NCBI RefSeq assembly: GCF_000237865.1
Contig: NC_017459.1
Location: 1,560,001-1,592,000, forward strand
Reading direction: 5' to 3'
DNA: 32,000 bases
Source: Haloquadratum walsbyi C23
GTDB taxonomy: Archaea > Halobacteriota > Halobacteria > Halobacteriales > Haloferacaceae
Position 1 is the stretch's first letter, and every line of letters begins with the position of its first letter. The position numbers were made by a program, and so were the translations under genes. The notes under the pieces are model-generated. The model made no database searches and was not told the DNA's origin. It saw only the letters and a program-made list of their open reading frames with translations. Positions 8,519-17,429 of the stretch are shown here, piece by piece.

Positions 8519-9934
8519 CTATTTGATCAATTCATCCGCACGTTCACTCCACTCGCGGAGACGTGATGCACTGACATCAACTGTCTCAGCGAGCCTTTTA
8601 GCGTCAACCGCAGCGAGATCAGCAACCGTTTCAACTCCTGCATTATCTAACTGCTCACTGTATGCTGGACCAATGCCCTGGATTGACTCCAATTCGGGGT
8701 CGTCTGTGGATTCGGTCTGAGCGTCTGTTTGGTCTGTATCCTCATTGGACTCAGTATTATCACCAACGGGGATCTCAACAGCCGTATCATCAACAACTTC
8801 GGTTGCCCCATCTGTTGAGAGGTTCGATGCCGACTCAACGGTTGAACGCTCAGCAAACCATCCAGCAACATTTGGCCACAGTTCATCATGTGAACTACTT
8901 GAGACAGACAGTCCAATATGTCCAGTTGATGCCTCCATAATTTCGGTATCCGAACTCGGGATGACATCATTGAATGGTCGAGATGCTTCCGGTGGAATCA
9001 GGTGATCATACTCGCCCATCACCTGCAATACCGGCATGTTTAATTCCGATAGCCTGACTGACTCATCACCGAGTTCTAATTTGTCACGATAAAGCTGATT
9101 CTCTTGATAGATCTTTTCGAGAAACTCAACATATGCTGTCCCTGCAACATCAATTCCATCAGAGAGCCATCGCTCCATTCGTGCAAAATTCTTGACGAAG
9201 TCCTGATCATCCAGTTTGTCATACAACGTGGTATATTTCGAGATATAATTGTTGACCGGATCCATCAGAGCAAATCCAGTATCAAGGAATTCTGCTGGAA
9301 CATTCCCAAATGCATCAGTGACATCCTGTGGAGAGTAATACTCATCATCACCCCATTCTTCGAGAATACCACCGGTTCCAGCGAAACAAAGTCCTGCTGC
9401 CATCAGTCCGAGATTTCGAACTTTTTCGGGATTAATTGCACTGTACATTACACTCATTGTCCCACCCATACAGTACCCCAATATATTGATTGAATCAACA
9501 TCTGACCGATCAGCGACAACATCAACACAGTTGTCGATATATCGATTAACATAATCATCAAGAGATAATGCGTGATCAAGTAGCGATGGCTCACCCCAAT
9601 CAATCAGATATACATCAAAGCCAGCCTCAAGCAGTCGCCGAACAACGGACCGGTCAGGCTGAAGATCAAGGATATACGGTCGATTAATCAGCGCATACAC
9701 GATGAGGATCGGCACATCGCGACTCTCTTCAGGGTCGATGCCTGCCGCTTCAGCATCATAATGGATGAGCTCAAGCTTATTTTCCTCATAGACGACATTA
9801 CTTGGTGTCTCACCAACCTCGATGGTTGCCATTGTCTCAAGACTTTCTGGGAGTGCCTGTATCGACTCAGTCGTTTCAGTCATTGAATCGATAAGATTTC
9901 GCTGTGCATCAATCGGATATGTGAATGGATTCAT
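8519..9934 (-). CDS. phaC: Class III PHA synthase catalytic subunit with an acidic linker and a C-terminal helix-hairpin-helix module
   Basis: Alpha/beta-hydrolase core with a lipase-box-like GYCMGG (catalytic Cys). There is a 4-nt overlap with phaE. The C-terminal 57 aa read [34 protein letters not shown]..., a G-I-G-P hairpin pattern. Confidence 0.9.
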   Translation of the reverse strand: MNPFTYPIDAQRNLIDSMTETTESIQALPESLETMATIEVGETPSNVVYEENKLELIHYDAEAAGIDPEESRDVPILIVYALINRPYILDLQPDRSVVRRLLEAGFDVYLIDWGEPSLLDHALSLDDYVNRYIDNCVDVVADRSDVDSINILGYCMGGTMSVMYSAINPEKVRNLGLMAAGLCFAGTGGILEEWGDDEYYSPQDVTDAFGNVPAEFLDTGFALMDPVNNYISKYTTLYDKLDDQDFVKNFARMERWLSDGIDVAGTAYVEFLEKIYQENQLYRDKLELGDESVRLSELNMPVLQVMGEYDHLIPPEASRPFNDVIPSSDTEIMEASTGHIGLSVSSSSHDELWPNVAGWFAERSTVESASNLSTDGATEVVDDTAVEIPVGDNTESNEDTDQTDAQTESTDDPELESIQGIGPAYSEQLDNAGVETVADLAAVDAKRLAETVDVSASRLREWSERADELIK

Positions 9935-10485
9935 GACTGATTGATGAGTTGGTCTAATTTTGACTCAATTGCTTGTTGTCGCCGCTCGACCTCAACGAGT
10001 CGTTCCCCGATCTCACGGATATCACCGGTCGTGGCGAATCCCATCCCATGAAGCGTTTCCTCGGCTGTGTCGTTCATCTGCTGTTGGAAATCAAGCACGC
10101 TCTCGAGATTTTGACCGGTCATCGCTGCGAATGCAGTCGTTGACATCGACTCTTTGAACGCCTCATTTGCGGCATTCAACCAGATATCACGGAAGTCTGT
10201 TGGGTCGACATCTTCACCTTGGATCATATCGCCCATTCGTTCATATGAGGATTCTGCAGCTTGCATCCAGGACTCATACGCTTCTGCAGCACCCTCTGAG
10301 GCATCATCAAATTGCTCCTCAGAGAGCATCTCATCAACTGAGTCCATCCACGTGTCCGCAAACTCAGATTGTGCGTCCATGTTGCGTTTGAGCGCGTCAG
10401 TGTATGTTTGTGAAAACTGCTCGAACATCGATTCCATCATCTCTGTCCCCATCATTTCTGTGGGGTCGTTTGCATTATTGCTCAT
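9931..10485 (-). CDS. phaE: PHA synthase subunit PhaE (short haloarchaeal type)
   Basis: 184-aa acidic helical protein immediately upstream of phaC and coupled to it. Size and position match the haloarchaeal phaEC operon. Confidence 0.7.
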   Translation of the reverse strand: MSNNANDPTEMMGTEMMESMFEQFSQTYTDALKRNMDAQSEFADTWMDSVDEMLSEEQFDDASEGAAEAYESWMQAAESSYERMGDMIQGEDVDPTDFRDIWLNAANEAFKESMSTTAFAAMTGQNLESVLDFQQQMNDTAEETLHGMGFATTGDIREIGERLVEVERRQQAIESKLDQLINQS

Positions 10486-10663
10486 TGTTATTCGTGTATA
10501 TTATATTACGGATATGGTGTCAGTGTTTGGGTTTTGATTTAGTATCATACTTTCGACGTTAATTAAGAAGTAGTATATGTGTCATAATTCCCGCAATATC
10601 CACGTGAGTTGTGCTTTTCACATGGATAATACGAAAGTGGCTGAATGGAACTAAATTGGAGTT

Positions 10664-11137
10664 TTATTCGTCTGTTGATAGCGGGACCGTAGTGCCGTCA
10701 CTCATTGACTCTGCGTCTGTCATTGCTTGTGACATCATTTCATACATTTCATCGACCATCTCTGTCTGTGTTTCAGTGAGCTCATCATAACCCTCAATTG
10801 CGTCTTCTGCCGTGTCTTCGAGTGATTCCCACGTCTCACCGTGGACTTCAACTAACGCATCATATTGATCATCGACAGCACTTCGAAGTTCCTCAGTGGT
10901 ATCAGCCGGAAGCCCAGGCTCCATTCCATCGATAGCGGCATGGAATGCGCGACGGGTCATCTCAACACCATCTTGTTGAGCACTTGCGGTTGGACCAAAG
11001 CTTTCAATAACCGCCTCGGCAGCCTCTTTTTGAAATTCAATCGACTGCGTTACCGCTTGATGACTTGCTTCGATGTACGTGCGTTGCATCTCGAACATGC
11101 TGCTGAGTGGATTTTGATCTGCGTTCATTATAATCAC
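10664..11137 (-). CDS. phaP: Phasin-like PHA granule-associated protein (PhaP)
   Basis: 157-aa very acidic, helix-rich protein between phaR and phaE, as in the Haloferax mediterranei maoC-phaR-phaP-phaE-phaC locus. The GTG start at 11137 overlaps the phaR stop (GTGA). An alternative ATG lies at 11128. Confidence 0.6.
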   Translation of the reverse strand: MIIMNADQNPLSSMFEMQRTYIEASHQAVTQSIEFQKEAAEAVIESFGPTASAQQDGVEMTRRAFHAAIDGMEPGLPADTTEELRSAVDDQYDALVEVHGETWESLEDTAEDAIEGYDELTETQTEMVDEMYEMMSQAMTDAESMSDGTTVPLSTDE

Positions 11138-11448
11138 CGATTTCGTTTAACTGGGATGACAACTGTTTGGACAATGTCGCCCTCTTCAATATCAAGTGCC
11201 TCTCGCTCCGCATCAGGGATCGAAATTCGCCCACCGCTTTGGACGCGCGTTTTGAACATCGCTGTTCCCATCGTCATTGCACTCAACTGCGAGAAATCAC
11301 CGAGTCCGCCAGCGTTCATACTGGTCTGCAGATACTGCTCGAATAGCTCCTGCTGACTTTGCGTTGTCTTCTGCGTCGCTTCTTGGAACTGTTTCGCAAC
11401 AGCCGCTGGCGACCAGATGGGCGTCTCATCATCCGAATCGTCTGTCAT
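11134..11448 (-). CDS. phaR: AbrB/SpoVT-domain PHA regulator (PhaR, haloarchaeal type)
   Basis: The C-terminal GGRISIPDAEREALDIEEGDIVQTVVIPV is a swapped-hairpin AbrB-like motif. The ATG at 11448 (MTDDSDDE) is preferred over the upstream start at 11499. Confidence 0.7.
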   Translation of the reverse strand: MTDDSDDETPIWSPAAVAKQFQEATQKTTQSQQELFEQYLQTSMNAGGLGDFSQLSAMTMGTAMFKTRVQSGGRISIPDAEREALDIEEGDIVQTVVIPVKRNR

Positions 11449-11492
11449 CTCAATATCAATTATACGGCTTGAGATAATAAATCTTACTATTT

Positions 11493-11512
11493 TTACCACT
11501 CATTACCACTCA
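11493..11512. repeat. Perfect tandem direct repeat TTACCACTCA x2 in the phaR/maoC divergent intergenic region
   Basis: Read directly: 11493-11502 and 11503-11512 are identical. It lies about 45-64 nt upstream of the phaR ATG, distal to an AT-rich TATA-like stretch (~11473-11480). Confidence 0.9.
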
Positions 11513-11516
11513 ATGT

Positions 11517-11534
11517 AATCAAATGGTTTTGATT
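11517..11534. promoter_or_regulatory. Palindrome AATCAAA-TGGT-TTTGATT adjacent to the tandem repeat
   Basis: Read directly: 7-bp arms at 11517-11523 and 11528-11534. A regulatory role is inference. Confidence 0.4.
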
Positions 11535-11608
11535 GTCTCAAATGTGTCTTTATTTCCGTCAACTGGTATTTTCTCGATTAATCCATAACTGCTATCAACG
11601 ATGATGAC

Positions 11609-12304
11609 ATGGAGCATCATATGGCATCAGATCAGTCATCAATGACTGACTCATTCGAGGGAATGGCTACTGCATGGATTGAATCTTCAACGGCAGTTTC
11701 GAAGAACATGGCTCAAATGTACTCAAATATTGCTGCAGCCAATCGCGAGTTATGGTCGCAAACAATGGCTCCAGCAGATTCACCCAGTCGAGAGTCTGGT
11801 GATGACTCAATCGCCTATAGTAAATCGTCATGGACGACAGTTCAGTCAGTTGACACAGTCGCAGAACTTGAAGTTAGTGATGAAGTCGTATTCAGAAAGG
11901 AATTAACAGATAGCGATGTGCACGCGTTTGCAGACATTAGCGGCGATACAAATCGACTTCATCTTGATGATGAGTTCGCCTCAGATACCCGGTTTGGTCG
12001 CCGGATTGTTCATGGCACGCTGGCGTCGGGGTTAATTAGCTCTGCACTTGCACGCCTTCCTGGCATGATTGTATATCTGTCACAGGATCTTGATTTTGAA
12101 CGACCTGTCGACATTGGAACAACGGTTGAAGCAACTGTTCGTGTTGCTGAAACGCTCGATGGTGACCGATACCGACTCGACACAACGGTACAAACAGAAG
12201 ATGGAACTACTGTCATTGATGGTGAGGCAATTGTCCTCATCGACACTCCACCAGCACCCGAAACAGACGCAGACGCAGACGCAGACGCAAGTACAACCGA
12301 ATAG
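11609..12304 (+). CDS. maoC: MaoC-type (R)-specific enoyl-CoA hydratase/dehydratase with a ~85-aa N-terminal extension
   Basis: Hot-dog motif region GDTNRLHLDDEFA...GRRIVHGTL. The gene is divergent from phaR, as in known haloarchaeal pha loci. An alternative ATG lies at 11621. The C-terminus contains a (DA)4 tract. Confidence 0.8.
   Translation: MEHHMASDQSSMTDSFEGMATAWIESSTAVSKNMAQMYSNIAAANRELWSQTMAPADSPSRESGDDSIAYSKSSWTTVQSVDTVAELEVSDEVVFRKELTDSDVHAFADISGDTNRLHLDDEFASDTRFGRRIVHGTLASGLISSALARLPGMIVYLSQDLDFERPVDIGTTVEATVRVAETLDGDRYRLDTTVQTEDGTTVIDGEAIVLIDTPPAPETDADADADASTTE
12266..12289. repeat. Hexanucleotide microsatellite (GACGCA)x4 inside the maoC 3' end
   Basis: Read directly. It encodes DADADADA just before the stop codon. 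Confidence 0.95.
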
Positions 12305-12393
12305 ATTCACGCAGTATCAGCGTCCTCGTCGATCCGAACGAGCAAAGACGGTCGTGTCAACTATTGCGCTCGTCTTATAAGATATACACAGTC

Positions 12394-13149
12394 ATGAATA
12401 TTGGTGTCTCAATTGGACCGTATCTCGACCGCATCGAAACTATCCCAGACGCATTTGAGTATGTCGAAGTTGGATTAGGCGAAGGCGAACGTCCAATTGG
12501 CGAGGTTAATATCAATTCGATCACTCGACGACTTGAACAACAGAATCTTGATCTTACCGTTCACCTCCCGTATTATCAGCCGTTGGCGACTGCTGTGGAT
12601 GCAATTGATTCTGCAACACTTTCATATCTTGACTCAGTGTTAGAAACAGCGAGTGCTCTTGGTGCAACGACCGCTGTGGCACATCCAACACGTCGGGGGA
12701 TTGCCCCAGACTCCGATCAATTTCATGAGCAATTACGTAGCCTTGTTCAAATCGGGCGAGCACATAATATCACTATCTGTTTTGAGACAACCGGGTATGC
12801 CGGTGATCTCGCACTTGAGCGTATTGGGTCAACTATTGACAATGTCGATGGCGCGATCTGTCTTGATGTCGGATACGCATATCTTGAAGCAGGAGTAAGT
12901 GGAATACGAACATTGCTCACGCAATACAGTGACATCGTTGAGCACCTCCATATTCACGACGGTCGACATCGTGGTGATACACATATTACAGTTGGGAGTG
13001 GTGATGTTGCAATGGCTGACATTGGACCGCTTATTCAAAAGTTCGTTCCTGACGCAACAGCGACAATTGAGGTATTTACAGATGACGCTGCACACCTCAC
13101 AGATTCACGACAACGATTTGCTAAACTGACTGAGAATATTGACGGCTGA
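12394..13149 (+). CDS. Xylose-isomerase-like TIM-barrel protein (sugar phosphate isomerase/epimerase family)
   Basis: EHLHIHDG...H..VGSGDV pattern typical of the AP_endonuc_2 / xylose isomerase-like barrel. The ATG at 12394 (MNIGVSIGPY) is preferred. Confidence 0.65.
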   Translation: MNIGVSIGPYLDRIETIPDAFEYVEVGLGEGERPIGEVNINSITRRLEQQNLDLTVHLPYYQPLATAVDAIDSATLSYLDSVLETASALGATTAVAHPTRRGIAPDSDQFHEQLRSLVQIGRAHNITICFETTGYAGDLALERIGSTIDNVDGAICLDVGYAYLEAGVSGIRTLLTQYSDIVEHLHIHDGRHRGDTHITVGSGDVAMADIGPLIQKFVPDATATIEVFTDDAAHLTDSRQRFAKLTENIDG

Positions 13150-13802
13150 TAGCATAGCCTCAAACATGCTGTACAGATTGTCAAGGCGGCTGCCTCGGAG
13201 CTTGACCCGAGAGTGAAGCCGACATCTCTAATTGACCCATAATATGAGCACGATTGATGATTAAATAATGATGGTCAGCATGTCTGGCTGAGAGTCCCAT
13301 CACATGGGGGGTCAGACACCACGCACCGTCCGACTTAGAAATGAATTGTTCTAAATCAACGTCGTCCGAGAGACAAAGTCTCTCGTGATCAGGAAAACCT
13401 TCAATTTTCGAACGACCTGTGGAGACCGGAACCGCTGTGAAACGGCTCTCTCAGTGAGAGTGAGTTTGTCAGTCCTGCCGAGAAAGCAGGAATCGTCGGA
13501 GCTTTGATATTGATATGACACCAAGGCAGGTTCCCAGGTAAAACTATTTCTGGAGGGTGAGAAATACTTCGGGACGTTCAGTTAACTCAGCCTACAGATC
13601 AATTATTTCACTTTCTTGTTGTCTCCGAATCGTGGTCTCCAATATATTTTGACACTTACATGCTTCTGAGAGGCTGAAGATGTTTTTTAGGGATGATTAG
13701 GGTAATCGCGGTAATTGAATGGTTATAACCGATCATCCACGTATCTCAGGGCTCGCCTCCGGAGTAATCACATTCACGCCATTTGAGTCATCGTGGTGAT
13801 AC

Positions 13803-16526
13803 TTATTCATCGATATCAATAGCCGGACGACCAGGTTCAGCCTGTCGGGCGACCCCTGCTGGGGCATCCTCAGCATGGATAATATTGACAGGGGCATCAA
13901 ACTCGCGTTCGATGAGCCATGTTGCAGCACGGAGCATTTCATATTCGCGCTCCGGTGGGAGCGTTGTTGCTAATGCCTCACGCTCAGTTTGTAACTGCTG
14001 TCCATAATCAGCAGCCGCATCACCTTGTTCACGGATGGTCGGATTTTGCATCAACTCAGCGATAAGATTGTCAGCATCGCTTTCAATTGCAGTTTCCAAC
14101 GCGGTATACTTCCATGCTGGTGAAACAACAATCGTGATTGTCTTTGGATCATCGATATCGGCAACAGTGATAATTTGACGAACATCCTCTCTGGTATCCT
14201 CAACCAGTGCCCGTCGTTTTGTGACTATATCACGGTCAACGTCTGTCTGTGGCCATGATGCGTCGGTCATAAACCCATCGTGATCAAGAGCTGAATACAA
14301 CTCTTCTGTTATGTGTGGTGCGACTGGGGCAAGTAGTCGAATGACAGTCTCAAGCCCATGGCGGTATGTATCGACATGTGGTGTCGTGTAGTTTCGATAC
14401 TGTCTCAGGGTCTGGACAAGATCTCGCGCTTCTCGAAGCGCAACACTGAAAGATAGCTCATCATACTCCTGAGTCGCGATTGCAACAGCAGCATCAATTT
14501 CGGTATCGACGTATGATGCAATCGGTGTCCGTTCATTTGTGAGTGTGGTCTCAGTATTCGAGATTGATGGCTGAGTTACTGCATCATGATTTTCAAGAAC
14601 CGCTCGGTCAACGTTTATGTCGGCGATTACATCGGCAAGTTCGATGAGTTGCGTCAATAGCTGATTGGTTGAGCGAACACCCTCTTCTGACCAATCGAAA
14701 TCACGCTCAGGTTGTGCTGCCTGCATCATAAACAATCGTGCGGTATCAGCACCGTATTCCTCGACAATTCGCTGCGGTGAGACAGTGTTCCCTTTTGACT
14801 TTGACATTTTCTCACCATCTAATTGAACCATTCCCTGAGCCAGTAGGTTCTCGAAGGGCTCGGTGACAGCAAGATCATCGTTTTCAGCCAGCACTTTTGT
14901 GAAGAATCGCGAGTACAGCAGATGCATGACTGCATGCTCAATCCCGCCGACGTACTGATCGACTGGCATCCACTGGTTTGTTCGCTCAATATCGAACGGC
15001 TCAGTCTCAACATCTGGCGAGACATACCGCAAGAAATACCATGAGGAATCGACGAAGGTATCCATCGTATCTGTCTCACGAGTCGCCGCAGCACCGCACT
15101 CAGGACAGTTTGTCTCTTTCCAATCAGTCGCCGCTTCAAGCGGATTCCCAGTTGTATTAATAAACGGTGGAAGTTCAACAGGAAGGTCCTTCTCGGGAAC
15201 AAGCACTGGACCACATTCCTCACAGTAGACAACCGGAATCGGTGTTCCCCAGTATCGTTGTCGAGAGATACCCCAATCACGAAGTCGATACTGTGTATCT
15301 AATTCAGCCCCGGTAGTGTCGGCTGTAATCTTCTCACGTGCGGTCTCACTGTCAAGCCCTGTGTATTGCCCAGAATTGACTAGCACGCCGTCGTCGGTGT
15401 ATGCTGTGTCAGAAATGTCTGGGGGGATTGGAGTGCTGTCATTGATATCAGTTGATTCAGGAGCAACAACTGGTATGATATCAATGTCCATCGCCGTTGC
15501 GAACGCATGATCACGTTCATCATGCGCCGGGACACCCATCAGTGCGCCCGTGCCAACATCAGAAAGAACGAAATCAGCAATGTATACTGGAATTTCATCA
15601 CCAGTAACGGGATTCGTCGCAGTCAATCCAGTTGAGACACCGTTCGGTTCATCGCCATCAGGGTCAGCCTCGTCTGTAATGAATGTTTCAATAGCCGCAT
15701 TCTCTGTCCGAAGCTCATCAGCAATTGGGTGATCCGTCGCGACTGCAAAGAACGTTGCACCGTAAATCGTGTCTGCGCGCGTTGTGAATGCCTCGATTGT
15801 GCCATATCCATCGATCTCAAACGGCAACAGCGTGCCGTATTGCCGACCAATCCAATTTCGTTGCATCTGTGTTACATTGTTTGGCCATCCCTCAAGCCGG
15901 TCAATGTCATCAACAAGTTCATCAGCCCACTCAGTGATCTTGAGGAACCACTGTGCTAACTCACGCTGTTCAACCGCGGTGTCACATCGCCAACATAATT
16001 CGGCCTCACCTTCGACTTGCTCATCGGCAAGGACGGTCTCACATGATGGACACCAATTAACATCGGCGTCTCGTCGTTCGACTATTCCGGAATTATAGAA
16101 CTCACGGAAGAAATATTGATTCCATTGATAATATTCTGGGTCACATGTTGTAATTTCGCGGTCCCAGTCATATCCAAACCCCATCGATTCCATTTGCTCA
16201 CGCATTGTCTCGATACAATCATACGTCCAATCGCGAGGGTTGGTATCGCGTTCTTTTGCAGCGTTTTCTGCAGGAAGACCGAATGCATCCCACCCCATCG
16301 GGTGAAGAACATCATCTCCACGCATTCGACGATACCGAGCGTATGCATCGGTAATGGTGTAATTTCGGACATGCCCCATATGTAATTTTCCGGAAGGATA
16401 TGGATACATACCCAAGACGTAGGTGAGGTCTGCTGGATCATCTGGCGTTCGGTAGGCGTTAGCATCATCCCACGCGGATTGCCAATGACTTTCAACGGCA
16501 GCGTGATCATAATTTCCCTTCGTCAT
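13803..16526 (-). CDS. leuS: Leucyl-tRNA synthetase
   Basis: 907 aa. It has the HIGH-type motif HMGHVRNY and the KMSKS motif KMSKSKGN, with CP1/editing-sized insertions and Zn-like CxxC pairs (WCPSCE, CWRCD, CEEC, CPEC). Confidence 0.95.
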   Translation of the reverse strand: MTKGNYDHAAVESHWQSAWDDANAYRTPDDPADLTYVLGMYPYPSGKLHMGHVRNYTITDAYARYRRMRGDDVLHPMGWDAFGLPAENAAKERDTNPRDWTYDCIETMREQMESMGFGYDWDREITTCDPEYYQWNQYFFREFYNSGIVERRDADVNWCPSCETVLADEQVEGEAELCWRCDTAVEQRELAQWFLKITEWADELVDDIDRLEGWPNNVTQMQRNWIGRQYGTLLPFEIDGYGTIEAFTTRADTIYGATFFAVATDHPIADELRTENAAIETFITDEADPDGDEPNGVSTGLTATNPVTGDEIPVYIADFVLSDVGTGALMGVPAHDERDHAFATAMDIDIIPVVAPESTDINDSTPIPPDISDTAYTDDGVLVNSGQYTGLDSETAREKITADTTGAELDTQYRLRDWGISRQRYWGTPIPVVYCEECGPVLVPEKDLPVELPPFINTTGNPLEAATDWKETNCPECGAAATRETDTMDTFVDSSWYFLRYVSPDVETEPFDIERTNQWMPVDQYVGGIEHAVMHLLYSRFFTKVLAENDDLAVTEPFENLLAQGMVQLDGEKMSKSKGNTVSPQRIVEEYGADTARLFMMQAAQPERDFDWSEEGVRSTNQLLTQLIELADVIADINVDRAVLENHDAVTQPSISNTETTLTNERTPIASYVDTEIDAAVAIATQEYDELSFSVALREARDLVQTLRQYRNYTTPHVDTYRHGLETVIRLLAPVAPHITEELYSALDHDGFMTDASWPQTDVDRDIVTKRRALVEDTREDVRQIITVADIDDPKTITIVVSPAWKYTALETAIESDADNLIAELMQNPTIREQGDAAADYGQQLQTEREALATTLPPEREYEMLRAATWLIEREFDAPVNIIHAEDAPAGVARQAEPGRPAIDIDE

Positions 16527-17333
16527 CAGTTGATACTAAATGCCTCTTAGCGACGCCATATTTTCAACTTGGCGCAACGGGCTCAACAAAGAGATACCCA
16601 ATTGGCATATCACAGACAGGAGTATAAGAAAATGACCGTTAGGCATATCTGGAAAAGCAGATTCTCTGGTAACAGGGTGGTGATATTCACCTCACTAGAA
16701 CTCCCTCCGGAAGTGATTGTCTGTGATTTCGCCCCTTGATTTTGAGTGAATAGACACCGCGTTGGTAGCTCAGAAGTGCCACTAAATCTGAGTTGCCGAG
16801 CGGCTTCAATGTCCGTCCCGTTCTCGATAGACTCCGCGATAAATGTAATTGTACCTGACACCTCACTCGATTTATTAGTCGAAATGGAGATATCTATAGG
16901 CGGAGCAGGGCGAGAACCCCGACCCTTGTGGTGGGGTTGTTCAGGCTCTCCCCAGAAATCATCGTGTTCTGAGATAGGCTGAAACTGAACGGATTACTCG
17001 GGCTCTCAACTGTTGATTTAAGTCTTTTTTGAGTCCGGTTTGTGATCGTGACTTCTCCCACGCGAGATTGGATCTGATGTTGCATCTGTCAAGCTACTCT
17101 TCCATGGTAGCGTGGAGCAGCTCGTGGTCTTGTTGGGAGAGCCGTCAAGCCGTGTGATAGCAGTTCGACGGTGATACTCAGTGTCTGATATCGATATATT
17201 ATTTAGCTATAACGGTTTGATTTGCCATCGTTTCCTCCCCTCCCTACTCATTCGCCTTGCTCTTGTCTTGAGGAAGGGGACTCCATCCTAAGATATTGAA
17301 AACTATAATGAAATTACACGAGATATCGAATAT

Positions 17334-17350
17334 CGCTAGTTGTCCACTCT
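17334..17350. repeat. Left terminal inverted repeat CGCTAGTTGTCCACTCT
   Basis: It is the exact reverse complement of 18826-18842. Confidence 0.9.
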
Positions 17351-17429
17351 GTCTCAGTGATGCCGTCGCTGACATATAGTGCCAGATGAAGCGGGTGAAT
17401 CAGGAAGCTGATTCATCCGCTGCCCGGAT

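Noticed and set aside
10597-10628. Imperfect inverted repeat TATCCACGTG...CACATGGATA downstream of phaP
   Set aside because: It has one mismatch and no following T-run on the transcribed strand. It may be a weak terminator or nothing, and is not strong enough to annotate. The same judgement applies to the ATCAGATA/TATCTGAT palindrome at 8462-8483.
13290-13600. Possible SRP (7S) RNA or RNase P RNA in the long spacer
   Set aside because: I could not find the conserved helix-8 GNAR/AGCA arrangement or the RNase P GAGGAAAGUCC-type core. The stems are short and local. It is retained only as an unexplained spacer finding.
16764-16772. GTAGCTCAG, resembling a tRNA D-arm
   Set aside because: The flanking sequence gives no acceptor stem, anticodon arm or GTTC-type T-loop on either strand.
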